Shown: positions 1-12,080 of the stretch, in pieces | How positions within the stretch are numbered: the stretch's first letter is position 1 | Layout: each line of letters starts with the position of its first letter | Source of the DNA: Octopus bimaculoides | Lineage: Eukaryota | Assembly (NCBI RefSeq): GCF_001194135.2 | Contig: NC_068983.1 | Coordinates: forward strand, 53,734,759 to 53,798,758 | Direction of reading: 5' to 3' | DNA length: 64,000 nt | Translations under genes and position numbers: made by a program | The notes under the pieces: model-generated | Database searches by the model: none | What the model was told of the DNA's origin: nothing | The model's input: the letters and a program-made list of their open reading frames with translations, nothing else

Positions 1-77
1 ACCAATGATAATGAACAAAAGAGATAAATGAGCAAAAGCACTAATAAAGAATTATCCAAAATTCTGACTGCCTCCTT

Positions 78-116
<39 letters not shown>

Positions 117-117
117 C

Positions 118-387
118 GCTGGACTGGCTCCTGTGCAGGTGGCATATAAAATACACCATTTTGAGTGTGGCCGTTGCTAGTACCGCCTGACTGGCCTTCG
201 TGCTGGTGGCACATAAAAGCACCCACTCCACTCTCGGAGTGATTGGCATTAGGAAGGGCATCCAGCTGTAGAAATTCTGCCAAATCAGATTGGAGCCTGG
301 TGTAGCCATCTGGTTTGCCAGTCTGCAGTCAAATCGTCCAACTCATGCTAGCAAAGAAAGTGGACGTTAAATGATGATGATGATGAT
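118..387 (+). mobile_element. 3' end of abundant RTE-type retroelement family with (GAT)n tail
   Basis: Same sequence as the tail after the RTE RT fragment at 16982-17172; many copies in the window. Confidence 0.75.
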
Positions 388-1539
388 ATATATATTTTAA
401 TCAATAAAATTCCAGCCGAGTCTGATTTTCATATTTTATTATTTGCAATTTTTACAATCTTACAGAATTGCAATAAGCTAGTACTTTCATGCATTATGCA
501 ATCATAAGGTGGTAGTGGTGGTAGCAGTAGTGCTTATTATTATTATTATTATTATTACTATTATTATTATTATTATTATTATCATTATTATTATCACCAT
601 CATCATTATAATTATCACCATTACTATAACTGTCCATTTAAAATGGGTTTGAACTTATTGATAAAATTCTTTTCTTTGATTTTTCTCTCAACTTCATCAT
701 TAACTACACATTGGCTTCAATAAAAAAAAAACAATCAAATGAGATGGGTGGAGACTGTGTTATCAAACACACCTCATAACAACTATATATTAGTTGATAT
801 AGGTATTTTGTCCTCTCACCTGGCACACAACCGTTTCTCTTAAATTCACTCCCTCTTCAGTTAAGAGGTCTTTGTCTTACTAGTTATTTGGTGACCCCAC
901 TGAAGCCATTTCTCATAAAAAGCACTTGTGCCAGTGCTATGAAAAAGGCACCTGTCTCAGCGTCACACAATAAGTACCCACTATACTCTGCAAAGTGGTT
1001 TATATCAGGAAAAGCATCTAGCCATAGAAACCAAGCCAAAAACAGATTACTAGAGCCTGGCGTAGTTCTCTAGTTTGCCAGCTCTGATCAGACCATCAAA
1101 NNNNNNNNNNNNNNNNNNNNNNNNNNNNNNNNNNNNNNNNNNNNNNNNNNNNNNNNNNNNNNNNNNNNNNNNNNNNNNNNNNNNNNNNNNNNNNNNNNNN
1201 NNNNNNNNNNNNNNNNNNNNNNNNNNNNNNNNNNNNNNNNNNNNNNNNNNNNNNNNNNNNNNNNNNNNNNNNNNNNNNNNNNNNNNNNNNNNNNNNNNNN
1301 NNNNNNNNNNNNNNNNNNNNNNNNNNNNGTGTGTGTGTTATTGTCAGAGTTTGTGTGTGTGTGTGTTTTGTTTTTGTGTTATTGTCAGAGTTTGAACTGG
1401 TATATAAAGCATATTTGTTCTCATAACCTTTTCGGGAATGTGAGGGACTTTGTTGTACCCTGTATTATGTAACTTATTTACTGAATCACAAACAGATAAG
1501 TGTTACTTTGAATTAATAGATTAATATAAAAGTTCTTAC

Positions 1540-1628
1540 CTTAAGGCACCGCTAAACAAACAGGACACAAACAAGCCAGGCAGCCCTTTCATCTCACCCA
1601 GAATATCCATTACAAACAAAGGAAGCAG
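1540..1628 (-). CDS. SLC5A8-like: SLC5 coding exon 8 (89 nt, LLPLFVMDILGEMKGLPGLFVSCLFSGAL+AG); gene continues left of the window
   Basis: LP.FV.D.L...PGLPGLF...FSGAL-type motif; TTTAG acceptor, GTAAG donor. Confidence 0.93.
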
Positions 1629-1799
1629 CTAAAAATATAGGACAAGATAAACACATGTACTTTCAATAAAATATGTTATATCCACCCACACGTGTATGTA
1701 TCTATGCATGTATCCATGTACGTATATATGTATGTATGCATGTATTATATGTATGTATGTATTTATGTATGCATGTATATATGTCATTGTTCAGTTTTA

Positions 1800-2460
1800 T
1801 TTCAAGATTTCTTGCCAATAGAGAAAGAGTCAGTTTCTAACCTAGACCCAAGGTTCCTTCATTGGAATTTCAACATCAACAACAGGGTATTTTTGTTTGT
1901 ATGCATGTATGTATGTCTATGTGCAGATTTGTCTGTTTTGTTTTATATATGTATTCACATGCATATAGTTGCATATCTAGACATGCTCATATATATCTAA
2001 ATGGTAAACTTTTGGAAAGGTTTACAGATTTTTACAGTTCCAGTGATGGATTGGAACTTCATTATATAGTGTCCTAGCTACAACATCATGTCTCATTGTA
2101 GATAATACCGTGATAACATTTTGTGCATCAGGTATTTGGTAGATATTTCCTGTTTCTGGATTGCAAACACATGCCCTTCAAAGTGGGAGATAGTAATCCG
2201 GCTATTGGTTCATGATAAATTGCTTCGATGACCAATGTTACTATCATCTTGGAGCTTTCTACTATCATATCCATGCATGGTCTTCTGCTCATATATGCTC
2301 ATTCTTTCATCTGATGATATGTTGCAGTCGAGCCGTGTGATTTCCTTGGGTATGTATTTAAGATTATCAGACAAGAAATGCTGCTCAGAGAGCTGCCTTC
2401 CAAGTCTTATGATGTTATCAGCATCATGGATGCAAACTTGGTCAAAAGATGCACTCTGAC
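1800..2460 (-). mobile_element. Decayed R4/Dong-like (RLE) non-LTR retrotransposon C-terminal fragment
   Basis: Minus frames give VFAIQ.QEISTKYLMHK and RYYLQMRHDVVARTLYNE, typical of the region around the CCHC knuckle of RLE LINEs; frameshifted. Confidence 0.55.
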
Positions 2461-2701
2461 ACATGTGTGTGTGTGTGTTTGTGTGTGTGAGTACATGTTT
2501 GTGTGTATGTGTGTTTGTAGGTAAGTATATTGCTTTACCTCAGAGTAAAGACTCTTTATACATGTTAATTTGTGTGCAATTTATGCAGTAAACCTGGGTC
2601 TGAAATGTCAATGGCACATGTCATCATTCTGAATAAGCCAGGTAAATGTTAAGAAAAATAGTAATAAAAAGGCAAACTATAAAAGCAAAACAGCTCAAGA
2701 G

Positions 2702-2778
<77 letters not shown>

Positions 2779-3759
2779 ACACACACGCACACACACACAA
2801 TTTCCAATAAAGTTGAAATGAAATTTTCAGTGAAGACTACGGGGATTATATCAGCAGCAAATAGCTTAACCCTCTTGATAGCAACTTCCCTCAAACCACT
2901 CCTCTCTTTTCATGATACAAGCTTTCTGTTTCAAAGTGACCTAAATTAAACCCTTCCACCAAAATTTCAAGTTAATTTATGTTCCAAACACCAAATGAAT
3001 CATAACAGATATTTTACTAACACCAGTGTTTTCAAAATTTATTGGCACAAACAAAAGCAGTGTATTTCAACAAAAATATGGTAACAAAAGACTTGAAATC
3101 ACCCCCAGCAGAAGGGCCCCTTAGGAAGCAGTAAAATCCCTGCAAAAAAAGTAAACAAAACTGTTTATATTGCAGGTTTTTCTTTCTCTCTATTTTTCTT
3201 TTATTTGCTTCAATCATTAAACTATGACCATAATGGGGCACATCCCCAAAATGTTTAATCAAACAAATTGACCTCAGTTTCTATTTTAAGCTTGTAAGTT
3301 TCTTTTATCAGTTTCCTTTGCCAAACAGCAAAGTTACGAGTATGTAAATAAACCAATGTTGATTGTCAAGCGGTGATGAGTGATAAACATAAACACAAAT
3401 GCTACACATGCACACACACACATATATATATGACAGACGTCCACACAGTTTCCATCTACCAAATCTACTCACAAGGCTATGGTTGGCTTGAGGCTATAGT
3501 AGAAGATACTTGCTCAAGGTATCATGCAGTGGGACTGAAACCAAAATTTATATGGCTGCAAAGCAAGCTTCTTTATTACATATCGATGCCTATCAGAAAA
3601 ACGGGTTGAAGTGATTACTTTCCAGTCTTATGAGAACCACATCAGCAAAAGACTATGCTTTCTTCTCTGTCCAGACAGAGACAAAGTCTTTAGGTGTCAG
3701 TTTTAGCCTCTACAGGCTTGAGCTCTGCTGATATTTTTTTGTTTCTAAGACATAGACAT

Positions 3760-4320
3760 GGCTGTGTTGTGAGAAGCTTGCTTCCCTACCACATGGTCCC
3801 AGGTTTAGTCCCACTGTGTCTTTTACTATAGCCTTGAGCCAACCAAAGCCTTGTGGGGGGGATTTGGCAGATGGAAACTGATGGAAACTGAAAGAAGCAC
3901 ATAATATATATATATATTGGTGTGTGTGTGTGTGTCTGTGTATGTGTCTTTATAATACAGTTCTATATTTAAGAGATGAGGAATTATGTACATTATTTAC
4001 ATTATTTGTCCTCATCTTGTTGTTAACACAATATTTCAGCTGATATACCCTCCAGCCTTCATCAGATGGAAATTGTATGGAAGCCCATTGTGTGTATGTG
4101 TGTGTTTCTTTGTGCTCATGTTTGTACCCCACTGTTCCAGTGCTTGACAGCCAGCACTGGTTTGTTTATGTCTCTGTAACTTAGCTGTTTAACAAAAGAG
4201 GCTGATATAATGAGTACAAGTCTTAAAAAAACAAGTATTGTATTTGTTTTGTTTGACAAAACCCTTTCCAGTAGTGTCCCAGCATGGCCATAGTCAAATT
4301 ACTGAAATGAGTATAAGATG
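3760..4320 (+). mobile_element. tRNA-derived SINE (family A, internal microsatellite), interrupted at about 3953-4068 by a Penelope terminal-repeat fragment
   Basis: Similarity to the full copy at 18525-18970. Confidence 0.7.
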
Positions 4321-4528
4321 ATAAAATAAGTACCATAATTTGATAAAAGTAAAAAAAAAAATTACAATTTGTGACTTACGAAAATAAATCTAAGTTTACT
4401 TGTAAATGATATGAAGAGAATGGACCCCTAGGACAGGTAATGATGTATAAAGGAGCTAAATACATAACTAGCAATACATTGCACTGAAAACTGTATATAC
4501 AATCAGAAAATTCTTATTGGAAACTTAC

Positions 4529-4658
4529 CTGATCACCTTGAGTTATGAGTTTAAATGATTTGGGATCACAAGTTTTGTAAAAATCATACAAGACCATTCC
4601 AATCAAACAACAAATCAAGAGAATGATGGTTAATCCAGGGAAATTGAGCCACATTGCT
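4529..4658 (-). CDS. SLC5A8-like: SLC5 coding exon 7 (130 nt, AMWLNFPG...FYKTCDP...QGDQ)
   Basis: CCCCAG acceptor, GTAAG donor, Y..CDP.....I...DQ motif; phase 2/0 consistent. Confidence 0.93.
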
Positions 4659-4779
4659 CTGGGGAAAAATAAATGAGCAAGTAAATAAATACAGTTCTAT
4701 ATTTAAGAGATGAGGAATTATTTACATTATTTACATTATTTACATTTATCGGATATTTGTCCTCATCTTGTTTGTTGTT

Positions 4780-4825
4780 AGCACAACGTTTCGGCTGATA
4801 TACCCTCCAGCCTTCGTCAGGTGTC
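4780..4825 (-). ncRNA. Minimal type I hammerhead ribozyme motif (Penelope repeat, family 1)
   Basis: Minus strand: gacac-CUGACGA-a-GGCUG(gagggtatat)CAGCC-GAAAC-GUU-gtgct. Helix III is replaced by the palindrome AACGUU; helix I has one mismatch. Confidence 0.6.
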
Positions 4826-5589
4826 TTGGGGAAATTTCGAACCTGGGTTCTCATTCCTAACGATGTTACTATTATTATATTATTATTATTATTATTATTA
4901 CTATTATTAATCAGGTCGCTGCGGTGATGAGCAAAGAATATAAGTAGCGATCGTGATACCCACCACGAGGAAATGATCAAGCTCAGTAACAATCTATTAA
5001 GAAACAATTACCCCAAGAACATACTACCTACTCCAATTATGAAGAAAAGAGAGGATGAAACCAATAAACTGTCTACAGTCTGTCTACCCTATGTGAAAGG
5101 CCTCTCCGAAAAGATACAAAAGATATGCAGCCCATATGACATCAGGGCAGTATTCAAGAGCAATACAACACTTCGCAAATATCTCCTTCGGGTAAAACCA
5201 CCAACAGAAGAGAATATGACCAAAAACTGCGTGTACTCCATCCCATGCAGCTGTGGTAGATTATACAAAGGCGAAACATGTCGCCCCCTCAAAATAAGGC
5301 TAGAAGAAAATCGCAAAGCTGTGACACGAGGAGATATTGATAAATCAGGTATAGCTGATCATGTATGGAAAAATGGAAACCACCTCCCCCTGTGGAACGA
5401 AGTTAAAATAATAGACAGGGAACAACACTGGAAAATACGAAAACTAAAAGAAGCAGCACATCTGCTAGGACACAACAACCTCCTAAGCAGACCGAGTGCA
5501 GATATGAATAGCATATGGGAACCGGTATTGAGGAAGGATAGAAAAATAATAGATTTATAAGCCTTAAAATTCACCCCATAATTGCCCAC

Positions 5590-5665
5590 GGGCATATGGC
5601 GTAGTGGTTAAGAGCACGGGCTACTAACCCCAAGGTTCCGAGTTCGATTCACGGCAGCGACCTGA
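5590..5665 (+). promoter_or_regulatory. tRNA-like Pol III internal promoter inside the Penelope terminal repeat
   Basis: A box TGGCGTAGTGG at 5597-5607, B box GAGTTCGATTC at 5640-5650, anticodon-like loop CTACTAA. Confidence 0.65.
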
Positions 5666-6915
5666 TTAATAATAGTAATAATAATAATAATAATAATATA
5701 ATGATAGTAACATCGTTAGGAATGAGAACCCAGGTTCGAAATTTCCCCAAGACACCTGATGAAGGCTGGAGGGTATATCAGCCGAAACGTGTTAACAACA
5801 AACAAGATGAGGACAAATATCCGACAAATGTAAATAATGTAAATAATGTAAGTAAATAAATATTCCTTATTGAAAGAATTTGAGCAGACAAATCACACAA
5901 ACACATTTAGTTCTGAATTCTTCAATTAACAACTTTCAACCATTTGAATTAATGCAAGATGTCCCAGAATTAGCTCTTTATTTCACTGAAATTAGACAAT
6001 TTTTAAAAAACTCACTTTTATTCATGTTTATCATGTTTGATATGACTTAAAAATGTATAAATTTTAAAATTTTGTTCATAGTCATTTAATATCCGTTTTT
6101 TTTTTTTTTTAATGTTGGCATGGGTTAGACAATTTGACTAGAACTGGTAAGCAGAAGAGCTACACTAGGTTCTAGTTTGAATTTGGCTTGGTTTCTAGGG
6201 CTGGATGCTCTTCCCAATGCCAACCACTTCAAGAGGCTAGTGGGTGCCTTTTACGTGTCACTAATGTGCTGTGTCACCAATTTTATAATTTTACAATCAT
6301 TTTTATGATTTTATATTCTATGATGATGATGATGATGATTCAATCCTGTTGGATCTCACCTATCTATCCATGACAGCCACTTTTACAATTTGGCTGCAAT
6401 CATCTTCTCTGCTTCCATCCACAGGATGGAGCTACAGTTTACCTAAACTTAAAGAATGCATTCAATTTGTTGTACAAGTGATAACACCTGCATTGCTTCA
6501 AAATGTGCTTCACAGCGCTAAGGTTAGATTTGAAATTTGCAGGAATTCAGGTGGAGCATATGTTGGAAATTTCTAATGCGATTTTGATGTAAGATTTATA
6601 AATCTATTCGTTTTGGTATCATAATTAAATAATAAACATAAAATTCTGTCAGTTTTTTTTTAAATTAGCCAGATTTCATTGAAATAGATAACTAATTCTG
6701 GGATCCCTTTATTTACAAAGTTTAAGACAATAAAGTAATACAGTTTAGATAATAATTCACATTTAAAAATATTTGACTGTGTGGTTGGGAGGCTCACTTG
6801 CCAATCATGTGGCCTTGGGTTCAATCCTGCTGTGTAGCATAACTTGAGCTAATGTCTTCTACAGTACCAGGTCAACTAAAGCCTAGTGAATAGACTCTGA
6901 AAGATGCCCATTTTA

Positions 6916-6960
<45 letters not shown>

Positions 6961-7058
6961 CCTGAGATAGCTACTGATGGTATGAAAGACTTTTTGATAT
7001 TGTGATGAATTCAGAAGAGCCTGCAATACCTCTGAATAGCCCCTGGAGCATGTGATAA

Positions 7059-7109
<51 letters not shown>

Positions 7110-7271
7110 TGTGTGTGTGCATACATGATGAAAGTAAACAAAGTTTGCTTTAGAAGCATTGAGATGTCTCAAAAGTTAAGGAAGTAATTTTTTATTCTCA
7201 AATCTGAAATGCAGGATAATGCTAATAATGTAGCATGAACAGAATAAACTACCCATATGGGTACTCTATCC

Positions 7272-7612
7272 CAGGGGTTTTCAAACTGTGGTCCGCAGAC
7301 CACAGGGGGTCCGCAAGGACAAGACAGGGGGTCCGCAACGACAAGACAGGGGGTCTGCAAGGACAAGACAGGGGGTCCGTAGACAGCAAATACTTTTTAT
7401 GGGCAATTTGATTTTATATATGTTTTTTAATCGAAATCTTTTAATTGACAATAAACCTATTTGTTAAATACTGTTAAATAAATAAATGTAAAAATATATG
7501 TTATTTTAAGCAAATATTTATGTATAAATTTCATAAGTGTTTATAAGGGGGTCCCTAAGGTAAAGCCTGAAATATAAAGGGGTCCGCAAGTCAAAAAGTT
7601 TGAAAACCCCTG
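7272..7612. mobile_element. hAT-type MITE
   Basis: TIRs CAGGGGTTTTCAAACT / AGTTTGAAAACCCCTG; 8-bp TSD CTCTATCC (7264-7271, 7613-7620); internal 22-nt tandem repeats GGGGGTCCGCAAGGACAAGACA. Confidence 0.88.
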
Positions 7613-7918
7613 CTCTATCCTGTTCATGTTATATTAGCATTATCCTGTGTTTAATATATCATCATCGTTTAACGTCCACCTTCCATGCTAGCATGGGTTG
7701 GACAATTTGATACACACACATACACACGCACGCACGCGCGCGTGTGTGTGTGTGTGTGTGTACAGAAAAAAAGAAAACAGATAATATATATTACAAAAGC
7801 CAAGAAGAAAACCTCCCTAAGGGTGAGGCTTCTCCAAGTATATAAAATATCAATAAGTATATAATAGTACAGTATATATAATATCAATAAAAAGAGTAAA
7901 AGACTAGGGCAGACTTAC

Positions 7919-8059
7919 AGCTGAGCACCTCGCAGTGTTTTACATGTGCATGCACGCTGGACTTGTGCTTGGTTTACTCCATAAATGGCAACCCATGTGA
8001 AGAAACCTCCAACTGTCAATGACCAAAATGAATGTCTCACTTTAGGGTCCGGATCAAAG
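7919..8059 (-). CDS. SLC5A8-like: SLC5 coding exon 6 (141 nt, [13 protein letters not shown]...[20 protein letters not shown])
   Basis: DPDP..RHSFW and [10 protein letters not shown] motifs; TCAG acceptor, GTAAG donor. Confidence 0.95.
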
Positions 8060-8782
8060 CTGAAACATACATACATACATATACATGTCAATAAATGTAT
8101 CAAAATTTTCCACAAAGATTCTAATAAACAAGTGTGACCACATGGTAAGAAGCTTACTTCCCAACCACATATTTCTGGGTTCAGCCCCTCTGTATGGCAC
8201 CTTGGGCAACTGTCTTCTAATAAAGCCTTGTGCTGACCAAAGCTTTGTAAGTAGATTTGGTAAATGGAAATTGAAAGAAGCCCATCATATGTGTATGTAT
8301 ATATATTATATATATTTTATTTTATGGTAAAATATGTACTGCATATTTTACCATAAAAGGAAAATGTTACTATTGATCTATTTCATTCAGGGTAAGCACT
8401 GTCTATCTTGCCTACCCAGGCAGTCTGTCCCTGAGTTCCTGACCCTTTGAATTCATTACCATCATCACCAACCTTTAACATCAGTCATCCATAATAGCAT
8501 GGTTTGAACAGTTATCCTAGTTCCTACATAAAGGAATAAGCATCTAATACAAGCTGATATTTTGGTATTATAATGCCATATTCAAAGCTCGGTGAATAAT
8601 AAAAAACTAAATTCCTTGATACTATGATTCTAGTATACCAACACCTGGATCTACCTCACTTCCCTGCTTCAGTACAAGACTGAGACCAAAATATTAAATT
8701 GTTCCCTTTCTTAATTGCAACTTAATTTATTTTAACTACCAAATTTCCTTTGTAATTATTTTAAGAAGCTACATTTCTTTAA

Positions 8783-9225
8783 CCCTTTAGCATTTAAGCC
8801 ATATCTGACCAAAATATCCTACCTGTTTTACTTTCATACCTGTCATATCTGGCCTCTTACAACTACCCCACAATGTCATTCTAAAAATAAACAATCACAA
8901 CAGCAAAACCTCAGAGCTATGAGATAATCTTTTCGACTCTAGGCACAAGGCCCAAAATTTTGGGAGAGGGATCCAGTCAATCAGATTGACCCCAGTATGC
9001 AACTGATACTTAATTTATTAACCCCAAAAAGATGAAAGGCAAAGTCAACCTCAGCAGAATTTGAACTCAGAGCATAAAAACAGACGAAATACCGCTAAGC
9101 ATTTCACCTGGCATGCTAACATTTCTGCCAGCTCGCCATCTTAGAGCTATGAGATAATGTATAATTAATTGAAAACAACATGAATCAATAAACATTACAT
9201 TTGATGAACTAATCTGAATGCTAAA
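8783..9225. mobile_element. piggyBac-type MITE (CCCTTTAGCATT ends) interrupted by a SINE
   Basis: TTAA+CCCTTTAGCATT left end; same family as the intact copy at 60427-60650; right end degraded. Confidence 0.7.
8929..9142 (-). mobile_element. tRNA-derived SINE (family B) with 16-bp TSD
   Basis: TSD AGAGCTATGAGATAAT at 8913-8928 and 9143-9158. Other copies near 11480, 15540, 19500, 36420, 45140, 60908 and 61995. Confidence 0.85.
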
Positions 9226-9399
9226 CTATTTCATTAGAATTTTATTTTTATGTGTTTGTGTGATTACATACATATAACTGTACAGACATAGTAAGAAAAT
9301 AGGTTAGAGTTAGAAAAGTGCTCCCAAAATACACAATAAATATGAAGTAGAATTAGCTTTAGCAAATTAACTTGAAAATGTTTTTTGACATAAGCACAT

Positions 9400-9566
9400 G
9401 TGAAGCTGTGTTCCCAACTGTGTGGTCTAGGGTTCAGTCCCACAGCATAACATCTTGGACAAGTGTCTTTTGCTACAGCCCTAGGCTGACCAAAGCCTTG
9501 TGAGTGGATTTAGTCAATCAAACTGACAGAAGATCACTGTTCGTATTTATATATACATGTGCACAA

Positions 9567-9639
<73 letters not shown>

Positions 9640-9920
9640 CACACACATACACACAAACATGCTCACAGACACATGTTTGTATGAGTATATCTATGTGTGT
9701 CTCTCATTTTGTTTGTCCCCTACCACTACTTCAGAACTGGTGTTGGTTTGTTTGCACCCCTGACACTTATTTGTTTGGTAGAAAGAAGCCAAGGGAATAA
9801 ATACCATTTTCAAGAAATAAGAACTCGGTTTGATTTGTTCAACTAAACCCTTCAGAGCAGTTGCCCCAGTATGGCCACAGTCCAAAGCATGAAAGAAGTG
9901 CACATGTCTGTGTATGAGTG

Positions 9921-9960
<40 letters not shown>

Positions 9961-10180
9961 TATGTGAGTAAGTGTCTTTGTGTTTGAGTTGCCCTGCCAT
10001 GTACTTGACAACTAAAGTTGGTTTGTTTACATCCCTTTAACATAGCAGCTTGGCTGATAAACTGATAAAAGAAGCACCAGACTTAAAAAATAATAATGTG
10101 GTTGATTTGTTCAACTGAACTCTTCGAGGTGGTGCTCCAATATGGCCACAGTCCAATGACTGAAACAAACAAAAGATATG
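9400..10180 (+). mobile_element. SINE family A copy/copies with (CA)n and (TG)n inserts
   Basis: Similarity to 18525-18970. Confidence 0.65.
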
Positions 10181-10211
10181 AAATGATGATGATGACGATG
10201 ATGATGATGAC

Positions 10212-10242
<31 letters not shown>

Positions 10243-10431
10243 ACCTTTATCCTTCACTTGTTTCAATGATTGTGGCCATACTGGGGCACTATCTTGAAGG
10301 GCTTAATCAAAATAATTCACTCCAATATTTATTTCTATAATCAGGTACTAATTAAGCAATTAAAAAAAAAAAATTATTCCCAGTCAATTTGAAAGGAAAA
10401 ATCCAATAAAAACATATTAAAAATTACTAAC

Positions 10432-10586
10432 TCATTGAAAACAACTCTTCCAGTCGCTTCAGCGCTCTTCCAGGCACTTGCAAAGCCTCCAGCTCGGATG
10501 GATCCTTCAATGAGTGTTGCGAGTAACCCGATCATCATCATGATCACCTGGAACGCATCTGTCCATAACACAGCCTTCATTCCACC
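10432..10586 (-). CDS. SLC5A8-like: SLC5 coding exon 5 (155 nt, GGMKAVLWTDAFQ...GRVVFN)
   Basis: GGMKAV.WTD.FQ family signature; AACAG acceptor, GTTAGT donor. Confidence 0.95.
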
Positions 10587-10844
10587 CTGTTCAAATACAA
10601 ACAAGAATTACAGGAATAACATTGAAATTGTTCATTTTGTTTTCATTTGATTTTAAATAATGAAATGATGTTTCATAGTTTAACTTTCGGGATTGCCTCC
10701 CTCTCTCACTTTTTCTTTCTCTCTCTCACTTTCTTTCTGTCTGTCTGTCTCTGTCTCTCTCTCTGTCTCTGTCTCTCTCTCTGTCTCTGTCTCTCACTCT
10801 CTCTCTCAGAACATTAAATTCCTCTTCTCATCATAGTATTTTTT

Positions 10845-11152
10845 TTTTTTTCGGCTCTTTAAAGCCTAGCCAGGCTCATGCGCCCGGTTTCCCGGTTTCT
10901 ATGGCGTATGTGTTCCCCCCAGCTGGACAGGACACCAGTCCATCGCAGTGTTACTCAAGAAACAGTGAGAGAAATTTGGGGCGAAAGAGTACAACAGGGG
11001 TCGCCACCCCGCCCCCACCCCCTGCCAGAGCCTCATGGAGCTTTAGGTGTTTTCGCTCAATAAACACACACAATGCCCGGTCTGGGAATCAAAACCACAA
11101 TCCTCCGACCGCGAGTCCGCTGCCCTAACCACTGGGCCATTGCGCCTCCACC
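10845..11152 (-). mobile_element. tRNA-derived SINE (family C), CpG-retaining, with poly(A) tail
   Basis: Minus strand begins GGAGGCGCAATGGCCCAGTGGTTAGG (A box); poly-T on the plus strand at the 3' end; related to 36973-37355. Confidence 0.8.
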
Positions 11153-11808
11153 TCATCACAGTATACTATATTATATATGTGCATATAAGCCTCTTCATCT
11201 TCATCTACCTAGCTAGATGTCACTTCCCTCGCCTCACCAACATTATACTCTTCTACTATTTTCTTCTCTTCTATTTATTCTATATCTTTTCAAAATTTCT
11301 CCCAGATGTTACCCATTACAATGTGTCTTGGCCTAATTACCCTTACTGTTTGTCTTTGTCAATTGTTTACTCTCTATATCCACTCTGTTGCTGTTTGTTC
11401 ATTCAAAGCCTTAGCTCTCCACAAATTTTATATTTTTAAAATTTCTGATAAATATAATAATAATAATAATAATAATTTCTGTTATAGGCACAAGGCCTGA
11501 AATTTTGTCGACTGTGAAAGGATGAAAGGCAAAGTCAACTTCAGCAGACTTTGAAATCAGAACATAGCGGCAGACAAAATACCACTAAGCGTTTCACCTG
11601 GCATGCTAACGATTCTGCCAACTCATTGAATTAGATAAACATAGTAATAATAACAATAATTTTTGGATGGAATTTATAAACATTTAATATGTTGCTACAC
11701 ACATTTCCACAAATCACATGTCTCTTAAGATCATAGTCCATATTCCTGAGATGATTACAGTGTAGTCCATAGTATCCATGGACATAGAGTTGACCATCTT
11801 CATGGATG

Positions 11809-11888
<80 letters not shown>

Positions 11889-12080
11889 AGGCTTCTTTCA
11901 GTTTCTGTCTACCAAATCCACTCACAAGGCTTTGGCTGGCTCAAGGCTATAGCAGAAGACATTTGTCCAAGGTGCCATGCTTCTTATTACATACTATTCT
12001 AATATAATGATTAATATGCTGTAACTAAATAACAAAAAAATATCGAAAGTTTCCAAGGAAAAAAGAAGAAAATATCTTAC

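Larger units (their letters stand above)
4692..5849 (+). mobile_element. 5'-truncated Penelope-like element: GIY-YIG endonuclease C-terminus (ORF 4973-5560), 3' terminal repeat and inverted 5' copy of the repeat
   Basis: ORF has VYSIPCSCGRLYKGETCRPLKIRLEEN (GIY-YIG type). 4692-4922 is the reverse complement of the 5648-5849 repeat region (plus its distal tail). 13-bp direct repeat AAGTAAATAAATA at 4679-4691 and 5850-5862 (TSD). Confidence 0.88.

Noticed and set aside
1-1539. SLC5 exon 9 (expected to begin S-T/S-I-S-S)
   Set aside because: Not found in the readable sequence; it is outside the window or in the 1101-1328 gap.
5590-5665. Possible functional tRNA gene (also 33275-33345)
   Set aside because: A and B boxes are present, but there is no complete acceptor stem or cloverleaf, and it is embedded in a repeat.
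7294-7385. 22-nt tandem repeats as a CRISPR-like array
   Set aside because: There are no unique spacers, and the repeats lie inside a eukaryotic MITE.
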